Notes: generated by a model from the sequence alone, not told the origin. 42,837 bases of DNA from Candidatus Limnocylindrales bacterium (GCA_038250445.1 JBBSCI010000002.1:1-42837), one strand, 5' to 3'; shown: positions 9,095 to 18,513, counted from the stretch's first letter. Translations and numbers: made by a program.

Positions 9095-11968
9095 TCAGGC
9101 CTCGCTCGCGAGGCGGCGGAGGACCGCCGGCAGGATGCCTCCCTGCTCGTAGTAACCAACGTCGATCGGCCCGTCCAGCCGGGCGATCGCCTCGAACCTC
9201 CGCTCCTCGCCGCGCTCGCCGCGGGTCTCGATCGTCAACCGCTGGCGCGGGCTGAGTCCCTCGGCCAGGCCCCGGATCGTGTACGTCTCGCGGCCGGTCA
9301 GGCCGAGCGACGCGGCGCTGTCGCCGGGCTGGAACTGGAGCGGGAGCACGCCCATCCCGACGAGGTTCGATCGATGGATCCGCTCGAAGCTCTCGGCGAG
9401 CACGGCCCGGACCCCGAGCAGCGCGGTGCCCTTCGCCGCCCAGTCGCGGGACGAGCCGGACCCGTACTCGCGACCGGCGATGACGAGGAGCGGCACGCCG
9501 TCGCGCTCATAGCGGATCGCGGCGTCGTAGATGAACTGTTCCTCGCCATCGGGCAGGTGGAGCGTGACCGGCCCGTCCTTGCCATCGACGAGCGCGTTGT
9601 GCAGACGGATGTTCCCGAAGGTGCCCCGCATCATCACCTCGTGGTGCCCGCGCCGGGCACCGTACGAGTTGAACTCCAGGGGGCCGACCCCGTGCTCCTG
9701 GAGCCACGTCCCGGCCGGCGAGGACGGCGAGATCGAGCCGGCCGGCGAGATGTGATCGGTCGTGACGGAATCACCGAGGACAGCAAGGACCCTGGCCTCC
9801 GTGATGTCCGTGATCGGCAGCGCCTGCGGCGTGAGGCCATCGAAGAACGGCGGCTTCGCGATGTACGTCGAGGTCCGATCCCAGGCGTAGCGGTCGCCGG
9901 ACGGGATCGGCAGCGCCCGCCACCGATCGTCGCCCTCGAAGACGACCGCGTACGTGCGCCTGAAGAGCTCGGGATCGATCGAATTGCTGATGACCTGGCG
10001 GATCTCGTCGGGCTCCGGCCAGACGTCGGCGAGATAGACGTCGCGGCCGTCCGAGCCGCGGCCGAGCGGCTCGTGGAAAAGGTCGATGTCGACCCGGCCC
10101 GCGAGCGCGAACGCGACGACGAGCGGGGGAGACGCCAGGTAGCTGGCCCGGGCGAGGGGATGGATCCGACCCTCGAAGTTCCGGTTGCCCGAGAGGACCG
10201 CGGCGACGACGAGGTCGTTCTCTTCGACCGCCCGGGCGACGGACTCGTCGAGTGGCCCGGAGTTGCCGATGCAGGTCGTGCAGCCGTAGCCGGCGAGAGC
10301 GAAGCCGAGCGCCTCGAGCGGGGCCATGAGACCGGCCGCTTCGAGATACCCGGTCACCGCCTTCGAGCCTGGCGCGAGCGACGTCTTGACGGTCGGGCCC
10401 ACCGTCAGCCCTCGGGCCACGGCGTTCCGGGCGAGGAGCCCGGCCCCGACCATGACCGTCGGGTTCGACGTGTTCGTGCACGACGTGATCGCGGCGATTG
10501 CGACCGAGCCCGTCTGGATCGTTGCCCGTTCTTTGCCTACCGTCACCCCGATCGGCCGATAGCTGCGCCCGTCGGCGCGCGACGACGAGGCCTCCTCGAC
10601 GCCGTGGCCCGCCTCGGCCGGGCTTGGTACCGCAGTCGCCGGCGCGTCGGTCGCCTCGGCAACCGCGAACGACGGCGGGTCGCTGGCCGGGAATGAATCG
10701 GCCGAGGACTCCTCGACGGCGCCACCAACGGGCCGCTTCGCCTCCACGCCCGCCTCGTCGAGGGCCTGCAGGCCGTTCGGGAAGTTCGTCCGGAAGTTGT
10801 CGCGAAGGACGGTCAGCGGGACGCGATCCTGCGGCCGGCGGGGCCCGGCAACGGACGGATCGACGGACGCGAGGTCGAGCTCGACCACCGCGTCGAAATC
10901 AGGGCCGGTGCCCGGCTCTCGCCAGAGGCCCTGCGCTCGGGCGTAGCCCTCGACAAGCGCGATCCGCTCCTCGCTCCGGCCCGTGAGGCGCAGGTAGTTG
11001 ATCGTCTCATCGTCGATCGGGAAGATCGTCGAGGTGGCCCCGAACTCGGGGCTCATGTTGCTGATCGTCGCCCGGTCGGCGAGGGACAGGCCTGCCAGCC
11101 CGTCGCCGGCGAACTCGACGAATGCCCCGACGACGCCGTAGCCGCGGAGCAGCTCGGTCACGACGAGGACGAGGTCCGTGGCGGTCGAGCCCTTCGGCAG
11201 CGTCCCGTGGAGGCGGACGCCGACGATCCGCGGCATCGGCTGGTAGAGCGGCTGGCCGAGGAGGACGGCCTCCGCCTCGATCCCGCCGACCCCGTAGCCG
11301 AGGACGCCGAGGGCGTTGATCATCGTCGTGTGTGAATCGGTCCCGACGAGCGTGTCCGGATAGGCGATCCGACCGGATCCGTCTGAGGTTTCCACGTCCG
11401 TCACTACGGTCGCGAGGAACTCGAGGTTCACCTGGTGGACGATCCCCGTTCCGGGCGGCACGACCCGCAGGTCACGGAACGCGGTCTGGGCCCAGCGAAG
11501 CAGCTGGTAGCGCTCGCCGTTTCGTTCGTACTCGCGCTCGACGTTGAAGGCGAACGATCCCGGCGTCCCGAAGCGATCGACCTGGACGGAGTGATCGATG
11601 ACGAGATCTGCCGGGACGAGCGGGTTGACCTTGGCCGGGTCGCCGCCGAGGTCGGCCATCGCATCGCGCATGACCGCGAGATCGACGATCGCCGGCACCC
11701 CGGTCAGATCCTGGAGGAGGACCCGGGCCGGCATGAACGGCACCTCGGCCTCCGCCGCGACGCCCGGCCGCCAGGACGACAGCGTCTCGACGTCCTCGAC
11801 CCGAACGATGCCGCCGCCCGCGTGGCGGACGACGTTCTCGAGGAGGATCTTCAGGGTCACCGGCGCCCGCCCGAGGTCGATGCGGTCGGCGAGGACGGCA
11901 AGTCGGTAGTAATCCGGGAGGCCGGGACCGAGGGCGGTCCGGGCGCCGAAAGGATCAGGAAGCAGCAC
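9095..11968 (-). CDS. acnA: Aconitate hydratase A
   Basis: Full-length aconitase/IRP-type sequence: PARVLLQDLTGVPAIVDLA, GTDSHTTMIN, ITSCTNTSNP, GYGCTTCIGNSG, SGNRNFEGR, AGREYGSGSSRDWAAKG. I place the start at GTG 11968 (VLLPDPFGARTALG..., preceded by GGAGAA). This gives 957 aa and removes the overlap with the divergent gene. The track ORF extends to 12136. Confidence 0.93.
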   Translation of the reverse strand: MLLPDPFGARTALGPGLPDYYRLAVLADRIDLGRAPVTLKILLENVVRHAGGGIVRVEDVETLSSWRPGVAAEAEVPFMPARVLLQDLTGVPAIVDLAVMRDAMADLGGDPAKVNPLVPADLVIDHSVQVDRFGTPGSFAFNVEREYERNGERYQLLRWAQTAFRDLRVVPPGTGIVHQVNLEFLATVVTDVETSDGSGRIAYPDTLVGTDSHTTMINALGVLGYGVGGIEAEAVLLGQPLYQPMPRIVGVRLHGTLPKGSTATDLVLVVTELLRGYGVVGAFVEFAGDGLAGLSLADRATISNMSPEFGATSTIFPIDDETINYLRLTGRSEERIALVEGYARAQGLWREPGTGPDFDAVVELDLASVDPSVAGPRRPQDRVPLTVLRDNFRTNFPNGLQALDEAGVEAKRPVGGAVEESSADSFPASDPPSFAVAEATDAPATAVPSPAEAGHGVEEASSSRADGRSYRPIGVTVGKERATIQTGSVAIAAITSCTNTSNPTVMVGAGLLARNAVARGLTVGPTVKTSLAPGSKAVTGYLEAAGLMAPLEALGFALAGYGCTTCIGNSGPLDESVARAVEENDLVVAAVLSGNRNFEGRIHPLARASYLASPPLVVAFALAGRVDIDLFHEPLGRGSDGRDVYLADVWPEPDEIRQVISNSIDPELFRRTYAVVFEGDDRWRALPIPSGDRYAWDRTSTYIAKPPFFDGLTPQALPITDITEARVLAVLGDSVTTDHISPAGSISPSSPAGTWLQEHGVGPLEFNSYGARRGHHEVMMRGTFGNIRLHNALVDGKDGPVTLHLPDGEEQFIYDAAIRYERDGVPLLVIAGREYGSGSSRDWAAKGTALLGVRAVLAESFERIHRSNLVGMGVLPLQFQPGDSAASLGLTGRETYTIRGLAEGLSPRQRLTIETRGERGEERRFEAIARLDGPIDVGYYEQGGILPAVLRRLASEA

Positions 11969-12047
11969 GCGTTCTCCGTCGCTGCGGTCGGTACACTCGT
12001 CGAATGGAAGAGTACCGCGAGTCGCCCTCGCGACGGGTCCAGGGCCA

Positions 12048-13112
12048 TTGAAGGGCTGGGGCCAGCCGGGCCCGCAGCAGCCGCCTGAGAGCGGCAAGGG
12101 GGCCGCGGAGGATCGGGCCGAAACCATCAAGGCCATCGAGGACGCCGGAATCGATCTCGATCCACTTCCGCCGGGCGATCACCGCCACGGCGCCGACGTC
12201 CACCAGCACGATCATCCCCACCCCCACGGGCGGACGGAGCCGGGCCAGCCGCCGATCATCGGGATCATCGGGGCGGGGGCCGTCGGGACTGCCCTCGGCG
12301 TCGCCCTGACCCGGGCCGGTTGGCCGATCCACGCCGTCGCCAGCCGCGACGCCGGGCGTCGGGAGCGGTTCCGAAGCCTCGTCGACGTCAGCCGGGTGTT
12401 CAGCGAGCCGACCGCGCTCGTCGAGGAGGTCGAACTCGTGATCGTCGCGGTGCCAGACGACGCGATCGCGGAGGTCGCCTCCGAAGTCAGGATGTACGGC
12501 GGCCAGGCGATGGTCCACACCAGCGGCGTCCTCGGTCCCGAGGTCCTTGCGCCGGCGATGGCAGCCGGAACCCAGATCGGCTCGTTCCATCCACTCGTTG
12601 CTTTCGCCGACACGGAGCGCGCGGTGGCTGCCCTCCACGGGGCGACGATCGCGATCGAGGGCGATGACCAGCTCGCGGCCCTGCTCGCCGAGATGGCCGA
12701 GGCCCTCGGCGCCATCCCGGTCCGGCTCGCCAGCGGAGCGAAGGCCGCCTACCACGCGGCCGCCGTTCTCGCCGCCGGTGGGTTCGTCGCGCTGCTCGAT
12801 GCGATCGCCGAGCTTGGCCGCGTCGCCGGTCTCGACGAGGCGGGGTCATTGGCAATCTACGGGCCGCTCATCGAGCAGACATTGGGCAACGCCAGGGCCC
12901 TCGGGATCCAGGCCGCGCTCACCGGACCCATGACTCGGGGCGACAAGGGGACCCTCGAGGCCCACCTCGCGGCGCTCCGCGCGCATGCTCCCGGGGTGCT
13001 CGACCTGTACGTGGCTGCGGCCGAGCGGGAGATCGCCCTCGCGGAGGCCCGTGGCGCCCTGACACCAGAGGCTGCCACGAACCTGCGATCGTCACTTGCA
13101 ACGGGCGTTTGA
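12048..13112 (+). CDS. Rossmann-fold oxidoreductase-like protein with DUF2520 C-terminal domain
   Basis: IGIIGAGAVGTALGVAL dinucleotide fold, VIVAVPDDAI, HTSG, then AAYHAAAVLAAGGFVALLDAIAELG...LTGPMTRGD, typical of DUF2520. The only in-frame start upstream of the GxGxxG motif is TTG 12048, which gives a roughly 65-aa His-rich leader. Confidence 0.75.
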   Translation: MKGWGQPGPQQPPESGKGAAEDRAETIKAIEDAGIDLDPLPPGDHRHGADVHQHDHPHPHGRTEPGQPPIIGIIGAGAVGTALGVALTRAGWPIHAVASRDAGRRERFRSLVDVSRVFSEPTALVEEVELVIVAVPDDAIAEVASEVRMYGGQAMVHTSGVLGPEVLAPAMAAGTQIGSFHPLVAFADTERAVAALHGATIAIEGDDQLAALLAEMAEALGAIPVRLASGAKAAYHAAAVLAAGGFVALLDAIAELGRVAGLDEAGSLAIYGPLIEQTLGNARALGIQAALTGPMTRGDKGTLEAHLAALRAHAPGVLDLYVAAAEREIALAEARGALTPEAATNLRSSLATGV

Positions 13113-13440
13113 CGCGGTACCATGGACCCGTGGAGGACAGCATCGCCGCGAAGTACGCGGCCCGATCGGCGGCCCGATTCGTGCACCCCTCGTCGCGGGC
13201 GCGCGAGCGGCAACTGGGCCTTCGCTCAGCGGGCTCGTTCCAGGCCGCAACGACCCGTGCCACGGTCCTCCGCCGTCCGGACGGAAACGTCCTCGCCCGC
13301 CTGCGAGGCGGCTGGCGCGCCTTCCGCGCCGCCCGACCCCGCCGAGCGACGGACGGACGGCCGCGTCCTGCGATCGCGATGCACTGGGAGCGTTCCGGCC
13401 GCGCCGGGACGGACCGCCGGTCCAGCGCCGCCACGGCGCC

Positions 13441-13944
13441 GTGGCGCGGCTGAGGACAACGACCGCCACTTCCGCCGGCGGAATTGTCATTCGATACGAG
13501 GGCGAGGATCCGTATCTCGTCGTGGGCTCGCGCCGTCGGGAGCGTGACATCGTCACGTGGACGCTCCCCAAGGGCACGCCGAACGCCGGGGAGACGCGAG
13601 AACAGACCGCGATCCGCGAGGTGGGCGAGGAGACCGGCCTCGAGGTTCGGATCACCGGTCCGCTCGATTCGATCGAGTACTACTTCGTCCAGCGCGGCCT
13701 CAGGATCCACAAGACGGTCCACTACTTCCTGATGGAGCCGATCGGCGGCGACCTCGCCCGCCACGACCACGAGTTCGAGGCAGTCCGCTGGATCAGCTTC
13801 GGCGAAGCACAGCACACGCTGACCTTCGAGACGGAGCGGGCGCTCGTCGCCCGGGCCGCGGCGGCCATTGCTCCTGGCGATCCGGCCGGCCGCACCGACC
13901 AGACGTCCCCATGGGGCGCCGGCCAGTCAGGGCGCATGACGTGA
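13441..13944 (+). CDS. NUDIX hydrolase
   Basis: Nudix box GTPNAGETREQTAIREVGEETGL. The start is uncertain. GTG 13441 gives a typical 167-aa protein, whereas the track ORF start at 13096 adds about 115 Arg/Pro-rich residues that do not look like protein. Confidence 0.8.
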   Translation: MARLRTTTATSAGGIVIRYEGEDPYLVVGSRRRERDIVTWTLPKGTPNAGETREQTAIREVGEETGLEVRITGPLDSIEYYFVQRGLRIHKTVHYFLMEPIGGDLARHDHEFEAVRWISFGEAQHTLTFETERALVARAAAAIAPGDPAGRTDQTSPWGAGQSGRMT

Positions 13945-15056
13945 CGGAGACCGTCGATCTGAGCCTCCGCCTGACCCCGCTCAACGACCGCCACGTCGCC
14001 CTCGGCGCGAAGCTCATCGAATTCGGCGGCTGGCTCATGCCGCTCCAGTACAAGGGCATCCTCGAGGAGCACAGGGCCGTGCGCGAGCGTGCCGGACTGT
14101 TCGACCTGTCGCACATGGGCGAGCTGTTCATCGAGGGGCCGGAGGCCGGTGACGCCCTCGCCTACGCCCTCGTCTCTGACCCGCGGACCCTCAAGGAGGG
14201 GCGCGCTCACTACTCGATGATCTGCACGGCCGACGGCGGCATCATCGACGACCTGATCGTGTACCGGATGGACCAGGGCCGGTTCCTCGTCGTGGCCAAT
14301 GCCTCGAATGCGCCGGCAGTCAGCGACGCCCTGGCCGAGCGCCTCACGAAGTTCAAGGCCGTTCTCGACGACCGCTCGCTGGCGATGGCCCTCGTCGCGG
14401 TCCAGGGTCCGCGATCTGTCGAGATCGTGCGATCACTGACCGACGTCGACCTCGACGCGCTGCGCTATTACGCGATCGCCGAGGACACGGTCGCCGGCAT
14501 CCGATCGCTCGTCGCGCGCACGGGCTATACCGGCGAGGACGGCTTCGAGGTGTTCGTCGAGGGTGATCGCGCGGGCGAGCTGTGGGACGCCCTAACCGAG
14601 GCCGGTGCGGCGTATGGCATGGTGCCCGTCGGGCTGGGCGCACGCGACACCCTGCGGCTCGAGGCCGGCATGCCGCTCTATGGCAACGAGCTCGATCTCG
14701 AGACGAACCCGTTCGACGCCGGCCAAGGTCGGATCGTCAAGCTCGAAAAGCCGGGCGACTTTGTCGGACGGGCGGCCCTGGAGAAGGCCGCCCGCGATGG
14801 CTCGAGCCGTCACCTTGTCGGGCTGGCGATGCAAGGCCGAGGCATCGCCCGGCACGGCTATCCCGTCCACTCGGGCGATCGCCAGACCGGCGTCGTCACC
14901 AGCGGGACGCACTCGCCGGCGCTGGGCAGGGCGATCGCGATGGCGTACGTTGCCCCGGGCGATGCGGAGCCGGGTACGATAGTCGACGTGGAGATTCGCG
15001 ACCAGCGAGTGGCCGCCGAGGTCGTCGCCCTGCCCTTCTACCGTCGCCCGAGTTAG
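13941..15056 (+). CDS. gcvT: Glycine cleavage system T protein (aminomethyltransferase)
   Basis: LTPLNDRHVALGAKLIEFGGWLMPLQYKGILEEHRAVRERAGLFDLSHMGELFIEG, ARTGYTGEDGFE, ARDTLRLEAGMPLYGNEL. GTG 13941 overlaps the NUDIX stop (GTGA); the alternative is ATG 13911. Confidence 0.93.
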   Translation: MTETVDLSLRLTPLNDRHVALGAKLIEFGGWLMPLQYKGILEEHRAVRERAGLFDLSHMGELFIEGPEAGDALAYALVSDPRTLKEGRAHYSMICTADGGIIDDLIVYRMDQGRFLVVANASNAPAVSDALAERLTKFKAVLDDRSLAMALVAVQGPRSVEIVRSLTDVDLDALRYYAIAEDTVAGIRSLVARTGYTGEDGFEVFVEGDRAGELWDALTEAGAAYGMVPVGLGARDTLRLEAGMPLYGNELDLETNPFDAGQGRIVKLEKPGDFVGRAALEKAARDGSSRHLVGLAMQGRGIARHGYPVHSGDRQTGVVTSGTHSPALGRAIAMAYVAPGDAEPGTIVDVEIRDQRVAAEVVALPFYRRPS

Positions 15057-15173
15057 CGACTTCCCGTAGGCGACTCCCGAACCGCAACGAGCTCCCTATC
15101 GATCCGGCACGCCGCCATCCATGGACCTAGGCGACGCTCCGCTAGCCATCGGTCCGAGGAGGAAGCGCCCACG

Positions 15174-15554
15174 ATGGTCCCCAAGGATCTGCGATACACG
15201 AAGGACCACGAATGGGTGCGGATCGACGGCGATGCCGCGACCATCGGCATCACGGAGTACGCCGCGAGTCAGCTCGGCGACATCGTCTTCGTCGAGCTCC
15301 CCGAATCGGGCCGAGCGTTTGAGCAGTTCGCGACGTTCGGCGTCGTCGAATCGGTCAAGGCCGTTAGCGACTTGTTCGCCCCGATCTCGGGTGAGGTCAT
15401 CGAGGCGAACGGCGCGCTGGCCGCCAAGCCAGAACTCGTCAACGGCGACCCATACGGTGAAGGGTGGATGATCCGCCTCCGCGCTCCCAACCAGGAGGAG
15501 ATCGACGGCCTGCTCGACGCCGCCGCCTACGACGCGCTGATCGCGGAAGGCTAG
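15174..15554 (+). CDS. gcvH: Glycine cleavage system H protein
   Basis: 126 aa: YTKDHEWVRIDGDAATIGITEYAASQLGDIVFVELP, lipoyl-lysine context VESVKAVSDLFAP, DPYGEGWM. RBS GAGGAGGAAG lies upstream. Confidence 0.95.
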   Translation: MVPKDLRYTKDHEWVRIDGDAATIGITEYAASQLGDIVFVELPESGRAFEQFATFGVVESVKAVSDLFAPISGEVIEANGALAAKPELVNGDPYGEGWMIRLRAPNQEEIDGLLDAAAYDALIAEG

Positions 15555-15559
15555 CCTCG

Positions 15560-17017
15560 ATGCCGTACGGACCCCATACCGCCGACGATCGCGAGCGGAT
15601 GCTTGCGGCGCTCGGCATCGCCAGCGTCGACGAGCTATTCGCGGACATCCCGATCGCGTTGCGAGCGAGCCGGCTCGACCTGCCGGAACCGGAGCCGGAG
15701 CTCGAGCTCGCGTCGCGCCTCGAGGGACTCGCCGCCCGGAACCGGACGGACCTCGCCTCGTTCCTTGGAGCCGGCGTCTACCGCCACTGGATACCGGCGG
15801 CAGTCGATCAGCTGCTGCTCCGCGGCGAGTGGTATACGGCCTACACGCCGTACCAGCCGGAGATCAGCCAGGGGACGCTTCAGAGCATCTACGAGTACCA
15901 GTCTCTCATCGGCGAGCTCGTGGACCTCGACGTCGTGTCGGCCTCGCACTACGACGGGGCCGCCGCGACGGCCGAGGCCGCGCTCATGACCTGCCGGGCG
16001 ACCCGCCGCGAGCGGGTCCTCGTCTCGCGGGCCGTGCATCCCCACTACCGCGCCAGCGTCGAGGCCTACTTCGGGGGCGGCCTCCAGGTCGATGAGATCC
16101 CCGTCGTCGCCGATGGGCCGGAGGCTGGGACGACGGACCTTGCGGCCCTCGAGCAGCTCCTTTCCGATTCGGATCGCCCGGTCGCCGGCGTGGTCGCAGG
16201 TCAGCCGAACTTCTTCGGCCTGCTCGAGCCGATGGCGGAGATCGGTCGGCTGGCGCACGCTGCCGGGGCGCTCTTCGTCGCGGTCGTCGAGCCGGTCTCG
16301 CTCGCGGTGCTCGCGCCGCCGGGAGCCTACGGCGCCGACATTGCGGCCGGCGAGGGCCAGCCCCTTGGCATCGCCCCGCAGTACGGCGGGCCGTATCTCG
16401 GTCTCCTCGCCTCGACCGATGCGCTCGTCCGCCAGATCCCCGGCCGGCTCGTCGGGATGACGACCGACATCGACGGGAAGCGCGCGTTCGTGATGACGAT
16501 GCGCGCGCGGGAACAGGACATCCGCCGCGACAAGGCCGCCAGCAACATCTGCACGAACCAGGCGCTCCTTGCCCTGGCCGCGAGCATCTACCTCGCGACG
16601 ATCGGCCCCCATGGCCTGCGGGACGTCGCGGCGCTGGGTGCCGCGCGGGCCGCGGAGCTGGAGGCAGCCCTGGCCGCGATCGGCGTCGAGCGGCTCCACC
16701 CGGGCCCGTACCTCAACGAGTTTGCCATCAGCGTGCCGAGCGCGCGCGACGTCCACCGCCGGCTCCTCGATCGCGGCGTCCTGGCCGGCCTCGCCCTCGC
16801 CGACGCCGAGCCGGACGATCCGTCGCTTGCCGACGCGCTCCTCGTCTGCACGACAGAGGTGACGACGAGCGATGAGATCGCCCGATTCGTGGCCGCGCTC
16901 GACGAGGTGATGTCGGGCCGGCCGCCCGTCGGCGTCGAGGCGGGCGCCGGAGCGGAGCGTGGCGACAGTCGGCATGCCATCGCCCGCAAGTCCGCGCGGA
17001 CGGGAGTCTCGAGGTGA
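15560..17017 (+). CDS. gcvPA: Glycine dehydrogenase (decarboxylating) subunit 1
   Basis: ATG 15560 lies 5 nt after the gcvH stop. MPYGPHTADDRERMLAALGIASVDELFADIP, FLGAGVYRHWIPAAVD, YTPYQPEISQGTLQSIYEYQ, GGPYLGLLA, IRRDKAASNICTNQAL. Confidence 0.93.
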   Translation: MPYGPHTADDRERMLAALGIASVDELFADIPIALRASRLDLPEPEPELELASRLEGLAARNRTDLASFLGAGVYRHWIPAAVDQLLLRGEWYTAYTPYQPEISQGTLQSIYEYQSLIGELVDLDVVSASHYDGAAATAEAALMTCRATRRERVLVSRAVHPHYRASVEAYFGGGLQVDEIPVVADGPEAGTTDLAALEQLLSDSDRPVAGVVAGQPNFFGLLEPMAEIGRLAHAAGALFVAVVEPVSLAVLAPPGAYGADIAAGEGQPLGIAPQYGGPYLGLLASTDALVRQIPGRLVGMTTDIDGKRAFVMTMRAREQDIRRDKAASNICTNQALLALAASIYLATIGPHGLRDVAALGAARAAELEAALAAIGVERLHPGPYLNEFAISVPSARDVHRRLLDRGVLAGLALADAEPDDPSLADALLVCTTEVTTSDEIARFVAALDEVMSGRPPVGVEAGAGAERGDSRHAIARKSARTGVSR

Positions 17018-18513
17018 GCGTCGTCGGCGAGAAGCTCCAGCCGACGATCTTCGAGCGCTCGCGGCCGGGACGCGGCGGTGGCAAGATCCCCCACGCACCC
17101 AAGGGCGCACTCGAGCGGATTCCGACCGCCGCTCGCCGGGCGACGCCGCCGGCGCTGCCGGAACTCAACGAGCCCGAGGTGGTCCGCCATTACGTCAACC
17201 TCTCGCAGCTCAATTACGCGATCGACACGGGCTTCTATCCACTCGGTTCGTGCACGATGAAGTTCAACCCGAAGCTCAATGAGTGGGCCGCCCGGCTGCC
17301 CGGCTTCGCCTCGCTCCACCCGTTCTCCCCCGACGAGATTGCCCAGGGGACGCTCCAGCTCCTGTGGGAGCTCGAGGGGATCCTCGCCGAGATCAGTGGG
17401 ATGCGCGCGGTGACCCTCCAGCCCGCGGCCGGCGCCCAGGGCGAGCTGACCGGGATGCTCATGATCCGGGCGTATCACCGGGCCAGGGGCGACACCCAAC
17501 GCGACGAGGTCCTCGTGCCCGATTCGTCGCACGGCACGAACCCGGCGACGGCGACGATGGCCGGGTTCCGGACGATCACGATCCCATCGGCGAAGGACGG
17601 CGGCGTCGACGTCGACGCCTTCAGCGCCGCGCTCGGACCAAAGACGGCCGCGGTCATGATCACCACTCCCTCGACCCTCGGCCTGTTCGAGCGGCGGATC
17701 GGCGAGTTGCTCGACGCCGTTCACGAGGCCGGCGCCCTCGCCTACATGGACGGCGCAAACCTCAACGCGATCCTCGGCCGGTTCAAGCCGGGCGAAGCCG
17801 GCTTCGACGTCATGCACTTCAACGTCCACAAGACGTTCAGCACGCCCCACGGCGGCGGCGGCCCGGGCGCCGGGCCGGTCGGGGTGGGGGAGCGGCTGCT
17901 GCCATACCTCCCCTCGCCGCGCGTCCTCCCCAATGACGACGGCTCATTCCGACTCGAGCGACCCGGCGAGCGACCGACCTCGATCGGGCGGCTCCGAAGC
18001 TTCGTTGGCAACACCGGCGTCCTCGTTCGCGCGTACGCCTATCTCCTGGCCCACGGCGGGTCGGGCCTCCGCCAGGTGAGCGACGATGCGGTCCTCGCGG
18101 CGAACTACCTGAAGGCGCGAGTCGCCGACGCGTACGAAATCCCGTTCGACCGCCCATGCAAGCACGAGTTCGTCGCGTCGGCAGCCGCCATCAAGAAGCG
18201 AACCGGCGTGCGGACGCTCGACATCGCGAAGCGGTTGATCGACCACGGCTTCCATCCACCGACGATCTACTTCCCCCTGATCGTCGAGGAGGGGATGCTC
18301 ATCGAACCGACCGAGACGGAGTCGATCGAGACGCTCGACGCGTTCGCCGACGCCCTGAACGCGATCGCCGCCGAGGCCGCCAGCGATCCCGACATCATCC
18401 GCGGCGCCCCGCACACCGCCCCAGTTCGCCGTCTCGACGAGGCGATGGCCGCGCGCCAGCCGAATCTCCGATGGCGAGGAATGACCGGCGCCGAGACGCC
18501 GTGCCCCGACTGA
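17014..18513 (+). CDS. gcvPB: Glycine dehydrogenase (decarboxylating) subunit 2
   Basis: GTG 17014 overlaps the gcvPA stop (GTGA). LPELNEPEVVRHYVNLSQLNY, YPLGSCTMKFNPK, PLP-lysine context HFNVHKTFSTPHGGGGPGAGPVG, FHPPTIYFPLIVEEGMLIEPTE. Confidence 0.95.
   Translation: MSVVGEKLQPTIFERSRPGRGGGKIPHAPKGALERIPTAARRATPPALPELNEPEVVRHYVNLSQLNYAIDTGFYPLGSCTMKFNPKLNEWAARLPGFASLHPFSPDEIAQGTLQLLWELEGILAEISGMRAVTLQPAAGAQGELTGMLMIRAYHRARGDTQRDEVLVPDSSHGTNPATATMAGFRTITIPSAKDGGVDVDAFSAALGPKTAAVMITTPSTLGLFERRIGELLDAVHEAGALAYMDGANLNAILGRFKPGEAGFDVMHFNVHKTFSTPHGGGGPGAGPVGVGERLLPYLPSPRVLPNDDGSFRLERPGERPTSIGRLRSFVGNTGVLVRAYAYLLAHGGSGLRQVSDDAVLAANYLKARVADAYEIPFDRPCKHEFVASAAAIKKRTGVRTLDIAKRLIDHGFHPPTIYFPLIVEEGMLIEPTETESIETLDAFADALNAIAAEAASDPDIIRGAPHTAPVRRLDEAMAARQPNLRWRGMTGAETPCPD

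Noticed and set aside
8852-10696. Very long ORFs antisense to or out of frame with the called genes. Examples: 8852..10696 +, 5388..7031 -, 15635..17110 -, 16588..17850 -, 21976..23418 -, 23630..24991 -, 25751..27484 -, 26799..28238 -, 28325..29929 -, 30086..31678 -, 32779..34488 -, 37360..38379 -, 39003..40559 -, 41349..42788 -.
   Set aside because: Their translations are dominated by Arg/Pro/Gly/Asp runs with no recognisable motifs. Each overlaps a gene with clear family signatures on the other strand or frame. These are the usual shadow ORFs of a high-GC genome with few stop codons.
11969-12136. N-terminal 56-aa extension of the aconitase ORF (start at 12136).
   Set aside because: The extension (MALMVSARSSAAPLPLSGGCCGPGWPQPFNG...) is not aconitase-like and overlaps the divergent DUF2520 gene. 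An internal GTG at 11968 with a GGAGAA upstream gives a normal-length AcnA.
13113-13440. Glycine riboswitch upstream of the gcv operon.
   Set aside because: A few fragments are loosely similar (CGCCGCGAAG, GCTGAGGACAACGAC). The conserved aptamer cores and the P1 pairing GGAGAG/CUCUC are not present, so I do not call it.
18156-18470. Upstream extensions of several track ORFs: 18156..18470, 13557..13940, 15464..15559, 25760..25912, 3689..3844, 2030..2152, 28256..28300, 13096..13440.
   Set aside because: These segments are Arg-rich read-through across the 3' end of the preceding gene in another frame. In each case an internal start with an RBS or a 4-nt stop/start overlap gives a protein beginning at the expected family N-terminus or signal peptide.
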